From the NCBI GenBank assembly GCA_965208835.1, contig OZ242358.1, positions 4,896,001 to 4,960,000 of the forward strand: a stretch of 64,000 bases of DNA. Reading direction: 5' to 3'. A model generated the notes under the pieces. That model did no database searches and was not told where the DNA came from. It saw only the letters and a list, made by a program, of their open reading frames with translations. This DNA comes from Candidatus Latescibacterota bacterium. Its GTDB lineage: Bacteria; Latescibacterota; UBA2968; GCA-2709665. Position numbers and translations under genes: made by a program. This document shows, in pieces, positions 57,597-64,000 of this stretch. Each line of letters opens with the position of its first letter. Position 1 is the first letter of the stretch.

Positions 57597-59486
57597 TCAC
57601 TGACTTTGTTTCGAAAGATCCATTGCCAATTGGTCCGCGATCTGTTCGGCGAGCTTCGGTCCGATGCCCTCCACCGCCGCGAGTTCCGCGACGCCCGCCT
57701 CCCAGACCTTTTTCATGGATCCGAAATGCGCCAGCAGCGCCTTCCGCCTGGCCGGACCCACGCCGTCGAGCTCATCCAGCCGGGAAGCCAGCGTTCGTTT
57801 TTGCCGCAACTTGCGGTGATAGGTGACGGCAAACCGGTGCGACTCATCCCGGACGGCCTGCAACAGCTTGAGCGCCGCCGACGCCTTGGGGATATTCTGA
57901 GGGTCCGGGTGAGCCGGGAGGAAGACTTCCTCGAGACGCTTGGCGAGACCGATCACCGGCTGATCCTTAACGCCCACCGCATTCAACGCCGCCACCGCGC
58001 TGGAGAGTTGCCCTTTTCCGCCGTCGATCAACAACAGATCGGGAAACGCGCGTCCCTCCTCCATCAGCCGTTTGAAACGCCGCGTCACCACCTGCCGCAT
58101 CATCGCGAAATCGTCCGGGCCCTCGATACCCGTAATCCTGAAGTGCCTGTACTCGGACTTTCGTGGCCTGCCGTCAACGAAACACACCAGCGACGCCACG
58201 GGGTCCGACCCCTGAAAGTTCGAAATGTCCACGGCCTCGATCCACTTCGGCGGCCGCTCGAGGCGCAGGTCGCGCTGCAGCGCGGCGACGGCGGCGGGCG
58301 CCTGGGACCTCCTGTTTTCCCGCCTCAACCGGCGCTCGCTGAGCAGCAGCGCGGCGTTGTTCTCCGCCATCTTCACCAGCCGCGCCTTGTCGCCCCGCTG
58401 GGGCACTCGGATCTCCACCAGACCCCCTGCCCGCCCCCGCAACCAGTCCAGCACGGTCTCGCGCGACTCGATATCGCACGGCAGGCAGATCTCCTCCGGC
58501 ACGAACGATGCCGTCAGATAGAGCAACTGGACGAAGGAGCCGACCACCTCTTCGATCGGCGCGTCCAGGACGCCGCCCAGGAAGTAGTGCTGCCTTCCGA
58601 TGAGCCTGCCCTCCCGGACCTCCATCACCACGCAGCAGGCTTCGTCGTCTTCCCTGGCGACCGCGATCGTGTCCCAGTCTTTCTGTTCCGCGGACACCAC
58701 TCTCTGGCGGTTGGTCGTCTGCTCCAGGTCACGCAGCCGGTCCCGGTAGACCGCGGCCTCCTCGAAGTGCTGTTCGGCGGCCGCATTCCGCATGCGTTCC
58801 TTCAGCGCGGCGACCACCTGCGTGTGGCGCCCAGTCAAAAACAGCACGGCCTCGCGAACGATCTTGCGGTACTCCGACGCCGGGATTAGCCCCTCGCAGG
58901 GCCCGTCGCAACGTTTGATCTCATAGTCGAGACAGAGACGGACGTTCGTCGCAGGCAGCGCGTAATCACAACTCCTTACCCGGAACAGCCGGTGCATGGT
59001 TTCGAGGGTCCGACGCAGGGCCTTGACGTCCGTATAGGGGCCCAGATAACGCGAACCGTCCTTGACGACGTCGCGCGTAAACAGGATTCTGGGAAACGGC
59101 TCATCGGTAATCCGGACGAACGGGTACTTCTTGTCGTCCTTCAGGTTGATATTGTACCGGGGCTTGTGCTCCTTGATCAGATTGGACTCCAGGATCAGGG
59201 CGTCCACCTCGGTATCCGCCACGATATATTCCAGGTCCCGCGCGTTGCGTACGAGCGCCCGGAACTGACGCCTGCCGTCGTCTGCGTTTGACCGGATGTA
59301 GGACTGCGCCCGGCTCCGCAGGCACTTCGCCTTACCTATATATATGATCCGCCCCAGTTCGTCTTTCAACATATACACGCCGGGTTCCCGCGGCATATGA
59401 GACACAATCTCATTGAGGCGCCTGCGCACGGCTTTACGGCTCAGTTTGGCCGGCGTCGCGCTACGGTTTCGGGATACCGGGTTCAT
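57597..59486 (-). CDS. uvrC: Excinuclease ABC subunit C
   Basis: PGVY..IIYIGKAK (GIY-YIG), DISN, PDDFAMM, IDGGKGQ, RDESHRFA, HhH. Confidence 0.96.
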   Translation of the reverse strand: MNPVSRNRSATPAKLSRKAVRRRLNEIVSHMPREPGVYMLKDELGRIIYIGKAKCLRSRAQSYIRSNADDGRRQFRALVRNARDLEYIVADTEVDALILESNLIKEHKPRYNINLKDDKKYPFVRITDEPFPRILFTRDVVKDGSRYLGPYTDVKALRRTLETMHRLFRVRSCDYALPATNVRLCLDYEIKRCDGPCEGLIPASEYRKIVREAVLFLTGRHTQVVAALKERMRNAAAEQHFEEAAVYRDRLRDLEQTTNRQRVVSAEQKDWDTIAVAREDDEACCVVMEVREGRLIGRQHYFLGGVLDAPIEEVVGSFVQLLYLTASFVPEEICLPCDIESRETVLDWLRGRAGGLVEIRVPQRGDKARLVKMAENNAALLLSERRLRRENRRSQAPAAVAALQRDLRLERPPKWIEAVDISNFQGSDPVASLVCFVDGRPRKSEYRHFRITGIEGPDDFAMMRQVVTRRFKRLMEEGRAFPDLLLIDGGKGQLSSAVAALNAVGVKDQPVIGLAKRLEEVFLPAHPDPQNIPKASAALKLLQAVRDESHRFAVTYHRKLRQKRTLASRLDELDGVGPARRKALLAHFGSMKKVWEAGVAELAAVEGIGPKLAEQIADQLAMDLSKQSQ

Positions 59487-59487
59487 A

Positions 59488-59982
59488 TCAAATGTCCAGA
59501 ATTTCGACCTGCAGCCGCCGCAAGTCCAGCAGCCCGACGGTGGACCGGCCGGTCACCCAGCCGCCCGCCTCTCCGGGATTGACGACCAGCGTGCCGCCGG
59601 AGCGGACGTCGATCTCGTGCGTATGACCGTAGACGATCACGTCGTAGGCGCCGCTTGCCGCCAGCGCGTCCACTTCGTCGGGTTCGTGAAGAACCAGCAG
59701 CCGCCTGTCCTCGTGTACGAATGCATAGGGCGCGCGATGGATGGCGCCCAGCGACTCGAACTGGGCGCGAAGCCCGAAGCGCTCACCGTCGTTGTTGCCG
59801 AATACACCCACCATGGGCGCGTTCAGGCCGGTCATCCATTTGGCGTTGAAGGGCGCGATATAGTCCCCGGCGTGCACCACCAGCCCGACTTCCCGCTCGT
59901 TGAACAACGCCGTCGCCTTCTCCACCGAAGCCTTGTTGTCGTGCGTGTCGGCAATCAGTCCCACCAGATGCGCGTGTGCCAT
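59488..59982 (-). CDS. YfcE/MJ0936-family metallophosphoesterase
   Basis: DTH, HAGD, GNND, GHTH, NPGE. Confidence 0.9.
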   Translation of the reverse strand: MAHAHLVGLIADTHDNKASVEKATALFNEREVGLVVHAGDYIAPFNAKWMTGLNAPMVGVFGNNDGERFGLRAQFESLGAIHRAPYAFVHEDRRLLVLHEPDEVDALAASGAYDVIVYGHTHEIDVRSGGTLVVNPGEAGGWVTGRSTVGLLDLRRLQVEILDI

Positions 59983-60286
59983 CGAGACCATCCGTTCGTG
60001 TGCGGTTTTCAACGACGGGGATTCGGTTCATACAAGGAGAACGGCACCGGCCGCGGGCGCCTTCTGAATTCAAGACAAACTTACGCCTCTCCGGTGGTTT
60101 TGTCAACCGAAGGGCGGGACGTACCGCGAATTGACAGGCTGTAACGCGAATCGACGATTCGTGCTACCGGATCATTGCCTGTTTGCGATAGGTTTATGTT
60201 GACAAGAATGATGGATTATGTGAATTTTGTGATCGTCCATCACACAGGCGGGGATCAATAGTACTTCCGCCACAGGGGAAACTTCA

Positions 60287-61207
60287 ATGGCGGTTTTGAG
60301 AATCGCGCTGCCGTCGGGCAGCCTCCAGGAGTCCACGCTCGATCTGTTCGCGAACGCCGGCTATCGGATTCGCGCCAATCACAGGTCCTACATCCCGTCC
60401 ATCGACGATCCGGACCTGGAGGGCCTCTTCCTTCGCGCGCAGGAAATCGCCCACTACGTGGAACGGGGCGTGCTCGACGTGGGCCTGACGGGCAAGGACT
60501 GGATCCTGGAAAACGACGCCGACGTCGTCGAGGTCGCGGAACTGCCTTACAGCAAATCCACCGCACAGCCCGCGCGCTGGATCATCGCCGTGCCGGAAGA
60601 ATCCCCGGTGCGCACCGTGGAAGACCTCCAGGGCAGGCGTATCGCGACGGAACTGGTCAACGTCACGCGTAAGTACCTGGAAGCTCGAGGCGTACAGGCG
60701 AAGGTGGAGTTCTCCTGGGGGTCCACGGAGGCCAAGGTCCGGACGGCGGGCGCGAGCACGGGGGGAGATGGCGGCGGGGCCTACGAGCCCGGGCTGGTGG
60801 ACGCCATTGTGGAACTCACGGAAACCGGGTCTTCGATTCGCGCCAACAAACTTCGGGTTGTGGAGGACCTGCTCGAGACCACCCCTCGCTTCATTGCCAA
60901 CAGAAGCGCATGGGACGACCCGTGGAAGCGGGAGAAGGCTCAGAATATCGCCACGCTGCTCGTGGGCGCCTTCCAGGCGGAAGACAAGGTTGGCCTGAAG
61001 ATGAACGTACGCCGGCGGGACCTGGACGCGGTCGTGGGCCTGCTTCCGGCGCTGAACAACCCCACCATTTCCAATCTTCTCGACGGCGACTGGGTCGCCG
61101 TCGAGGTTATCGTGGACGAACGCGTCGTGCGCGACACCGTGCCCCTGCTGAAGAACAAGGGCGCCGAAGGCATTATCGAATATCCATTGAATAAAGTGAT
61201 CTACTGA
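60287..61207 (+). CDS. hisG: ATP phosphoribosyltransferase (long form)
   Basis: LPSGSLQ, RAQEI, DVGLTGKDW, ETGSSIRAN, C-terminal regulatory domain. Confidence 0.95.
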   Translation: MAVLRIALPSGSLQESTLDLFANAGYRIRANHRSYIPSIDDPDLEGLFLRAQEIAHYVERGVLDVGLTGKDWILENDADVVEVAELPYSKSTAQPARWIIAVPEESPVRTVEDLQGRRIATELVNVTRKYLEARGVQAKVEFSWGSTEAKVRTAGASTGGDGGGAYEPGLVDAIVELTETGSSIRANKLRVVEDLLETTPRFIANRSAWDDPWKREKAQNIATLLVGAFQAEDKVGLKMNVRRRDLDAVVGLLPALNNPTISNLLDGDWVAVEVIVDERVVRDTVPLLKNKGAEGIIEYPLNKVIY

Positions 61208-62502
61208 TGATCGACGTTGTCACCCATGATCCGGAGAATCCACCCCCGAAACTCCGCGCCATTCTTTCGCGGACCACGGATTTCCAGCCGGACCTGCTGG
61301 CCTCCGCGCAGGAAGTCGTTCGTGCCGTGCGGGAACGCGGCGACGACGCGGTTCTGGAATACACCCGGGAATTCGACGGTGTGGACCTTGCGGCGGTTGG
61401 GATGCGCGTACCGGAGACGGACATCCGGGCCGCCTACCGGGAAGCGGACCCGGACCTGATCAGAACCATGAGGGCCGCTGCGGATAACATCCGGCGATTT
61501 CACGACGCACAGAAGCAGACCTCCTGGTTCATCGAAGACGGTGACGGCGTGGTACTCGGCAGGCGGGTGCTCCCGATCGAGCAGGTCGGCATTCTCATTC
61601 CCGGCGCCAGCGCTCCGCTTTTCTCAACGCTGCTGATGGCCGCCATTCCCGCCGGCATCGCCGGCGTGACGCGAATCTGCATGGCCACGCCCCCGCGTCC
61701 GGACGGATCGGTGCATCCGGCCGTACTGGCGGCCGCCCACGTCGTGGGCGTCAATGAAATCTATCGGATTTTCGGCGCCCAGGCTGTTGCCGCCCTGGCC
61801 TACGGCACCGAGTCGATCCCGGGGGTGGACAAGCTTGTGGGCCCCGGCCACCCTTCCGTCCAGATCGCCAAGAAGCTGGTCTTCGGAACCGTGGACATCG
61901 ACATGGTCGCCGGCCCCAGCGAAATCGTCGTGCTGGCCGACGAGAGCGCCAACCCCCGGCACGTCGCCGCAGACCTGTTGTCGCAGGCCGAACACGGGAG
62001 CGGCTTCGAAGCTGTCGTGTGCATTACGCCCAGTTCAAATCTCGCCGGGGAGGTCGCGGACGAAGTCGAACGGCAGGCCGCCCGCCTGGGACGCCGGGAC
62101 GCCGTCCGCAATGCCCTGCGCAACTTCGGCGCGGTTGTGGTGGTAAAGGATCTGGACGAGGGAGTCCGGCTCGCTAACCGGATCGCCCCGGAACACATCG
62201 AACTCCTTGTCCGCGACCCCTGGGACCGCCTGTACGAGGTCAAAAACGCCGGCGCGGTCTTCCTGGGCGCGGCGTCGTCCGAACCCGTCGGCGACTACTT
62301 CGCCGGCGTGAACCACATTCTGCCGACCGCCGGCGCCGCGCGCTTCGCCTCTCCTGTGGGCGTGGATACCTTCCTGAAGAGCTCGAGTGTCGTCTCCTAC
62401 ACGGAGCGCCGGCTGAAGAAAACGGCCGGCGATATCATCGCGCTGGCGGAAGCAGAAGGACTGGACGCGCACGCCAACGCCATCCGTGTCCGGCAGGAAT
62501 AG
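61207..62502 (+). CDS. hisD: Histidinol dehydrogenase
   Basis: GAQAVAALAYGTE, IDMVAGPSE, DLLSQAEH, APEH, NHILPT. Confidence 0.96.
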   Translation: MIDVVTHDPENPPPKLRAILSRTTDFQPDLLASAQEVVRAVRERGDDAVLEYTREFDGVDLAAVGMRVPETDIRAAYREADPDLIRTMRAAADNIRRFHDAQKQTSWFIEDGDGVVLGRRVLPIEQVGILIPGASAPLFSTLLMAAIPAGIAGVTRICMATPPRPDGSVHPAVLAAAHVVGVNEIYRIFGAQAVAALAYGTESIPGVDKLVGPGHPSVQIAKKLVFGTVDIDMVAGPSEIVVLADESANPRHVAADLLSQAEHGSGFEAVVCITPSSNLAGEVADEVERQAARLGRRDAVRNALRNFGAVVVVKDLDEGVRLANRIAPEHIELLVRDPWDRLYEVKNAGAVFLGAASSEPVGDYFAGVNHILPTAGAARFASPVGVDTFLKSSSVVSYTERRLKKTAGDIIALAEAEGLDAHANAIRVRQE

Positions 62503-62591
62503 CGCCGGCAGCCTCAACAGTCGCCCGCTCGCGCGACCGCCGCACTCCGGCGGCATCGCGGGCGCGGCGTTCTCATTTTGGACCGTCTCCG

Positions 62592-63671
62592 ATGTTCGAT
62601 CCACCCCTGAAACGTATCAGGCCGGAAATCCGTTCCGTGGACGGGTACCACCTGACGCACCACGACTGCCCGGTAAAGCTGAATCAGAACGAGAGCCCGT
62701 TCGACATTCCGGACGATCTCAAGAACGAGATCCTGGCAGACGTCCGGGAGCGGCCCTGGTTCCGCTATCCCCAGCCGATGGAGATGGACCTGGTGGAAGC
62801 CCTGGCCGACTTCGCCGGCTGGCGTCCGGACGCGCTGATCGTGTGCAACGGCTCCAACACCCTCGTACAGCTCGTTCTGGCCGTCAGCACCCGTCCAGGC
62901 GCGCCGGTGGTCATCCCCTCGCCCGGTTTCTCGCTGTACGGGCTCTACGCCGGCTTCTTCGGAGGTCGCGTGGTTCCGGTGGACCTCAGGGCGGACTACA
63001 CCTTCGACGTGCCGGGAATCCGGGAAGCCGCCCGGCGGGAATCGGCGAACATGGTCATCCTCGGTTCCCCAAACAACCCCACGGGCTGCGTTGTTTCCAA
63101 CGCCGACCTGGAAGCCCTGCTCGGGGAAACCGACGCGCTGGTGATGGTGGACGAAGCCTACGCGGAATTCAGCGACGAGACGGCCCGCGACCTGATCGGG
63201 GAATATCCCAATCTCATCGTGTTGAAGACCTTTTCGAAAGCCCTCGGCGCAGCGGGCATCCGCATCGGCTACCTGATGGCGCATCCTGAAATCGCGCGGG
63301 AGGTCCTGAAAGCCAAAGTGCCGTTCGACATCAACGTCTTTTCACACTCCGCGGCGCTGCACATTCTGAAACACGATGGCCTCATCCGGGAACGCGTGGG
63401 TGCGATCCGGGAGGAACGCGAGCGGGTGTTCGCCGCCCTTCGGAACATCGACGGCGTCCGCCCCTATCCATCTCATGCCAACTTCATACTCTTCGAAGTC
63501 GGCAACCCGGCCCGGGTCTTCGACGGGCTCATCGAAAGGGGCATCCTCATCCGCAATGTAACTTCCTATCCGCTGCTGGACAACGCCCTGCGTGTGAGCA
63601 TCGGCAAGGCAGAGGAAAATACCCGCTTTCTGGATGCGCTCGCAGAGACACTCAAGGAGTCATGTGTATAA
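62592..63671 (+). CDS. hisC: Histidinol-phosphate aminotransferase
   Basis: LNQNESP, SPNNPTG, VDEAY, KTFSKA..RIGY. Confidence 0.95.
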   Translation: MFDPPLKRIRPEIRSVDGYHLTHHDCPVKLNQNESPFDIPDDLKNEILADVRERPWFRYPQPMEMDLVEALADFAGWRPDALIVCNGSNTLVQLVLAVSTRPGAPVVIPSPGFSLYGLYAGFFGGRVVPVDLRADYTFDVPGIREAARRESANMVILGSPNNPTGCVVSNADLEALLGETDALVMVDEAYAEFSDETARDLIGEYPNLIVLKTFSKALGAAGIRIGYLMAHPEIAREVLKAKVPFDINVFSHSAALHILKHDGLIRERVGAIREERERVFAALRNIDGVRPYPSHANFILFEVGNPARVFDGLIERGILIRNVTSYPLLDNALRVSIGKAEENTRFLDALAETLKESCV

Positions 63672-63765
63672 TTCACATCGTCGATCCTGCCCTGGAAACA
63701 CGCGGACATGCTTCCGCCGGTTCAGTCGGCGGGAGAGAGAAGTCATACGGGAAAGGTAACCCCCC

Positions 63766-64000
63766 ATGCCGGTCCTTCGCACCGCCCGCATACAACGCAA
63801 GACATCGGAAACCGACATTGACCTGACGCTGAACCTGGATGGGTCGGGCGACTGCCGGCTCGAAACCGGCATCGGTTTCTTCGACCATATGCTCAACGCG
63901 TTCGCTCGACACGGAGGCTTCGACCTGGACGTCGCCTGCCGGGGCGACCTGGACGTGGACGCGCACCACACGGTGGAAGACGTGGGCATCTGTCTGGGCA
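63766..64000 (+). CDS. hisB: Imidazoleglycerol-phosphate dehydratase (3' truncated by window)
   Basis: [34 protein letters not shown]. Confidence 0.95.
   Translation, partial: MPVLRTARIQRKTSETDIDLTLNLDGSGDCRLETGIGFFDHMLNAFARHGGFDLDVACRGDLDVDAHHTVEDVGICLG

Noticed and set aside
60120-60286. His attenuator or T-box leader
   Set aside because: No His-codon leader peptide or T-box motif; only a TTGACA at 60199 with a weak -10.

Overview
GC-rich bacterial chromosomal window, mostly housekeeping genes: fatty-acid catabolism, msrAB, msrP, an ispE-tRNA-Gln-rplY-pth-hppA-rpsF-rpsR-rplI block, uvrC/ogt/xerD and hisGDCB. By inference the host is Gram-negative, possibly Latescibacterota/Handelsmanbacteria-like. 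Four things stand out. (1) A complete UBact-proteasome operon (arc-dop-ubact-prcB-prcA-pafA) whose ATPase lacks the usual HbYX/GQYL tail. (2) Three acidic secreted FlgD-Ig/CTD proteins; two are ~1550-aa paralogues carrying both dockerin-like and cohesin-like modules, one behind a perfect sigma70 promoter with a ~375-nt leader. (3) A PIG-B/Alg9-like (GT22) mannosyltransferase and a separate kinase-GT2-GT-C operon. (4) Very dense intergenic repeats: about 17 copies of a hairpin element with heptamer-built arms and a fixed-length core, plus several other REP/heptamer/nonamer families. These sit next to small GxxExxY, four-helix-bundle (Avd-like) and truncated DUF559 genes, and one copy appears to carry the four-helix-bundle gene inside its arm within the ribosomal operon. 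All calls come from motif recognition by eye; no searches were run.
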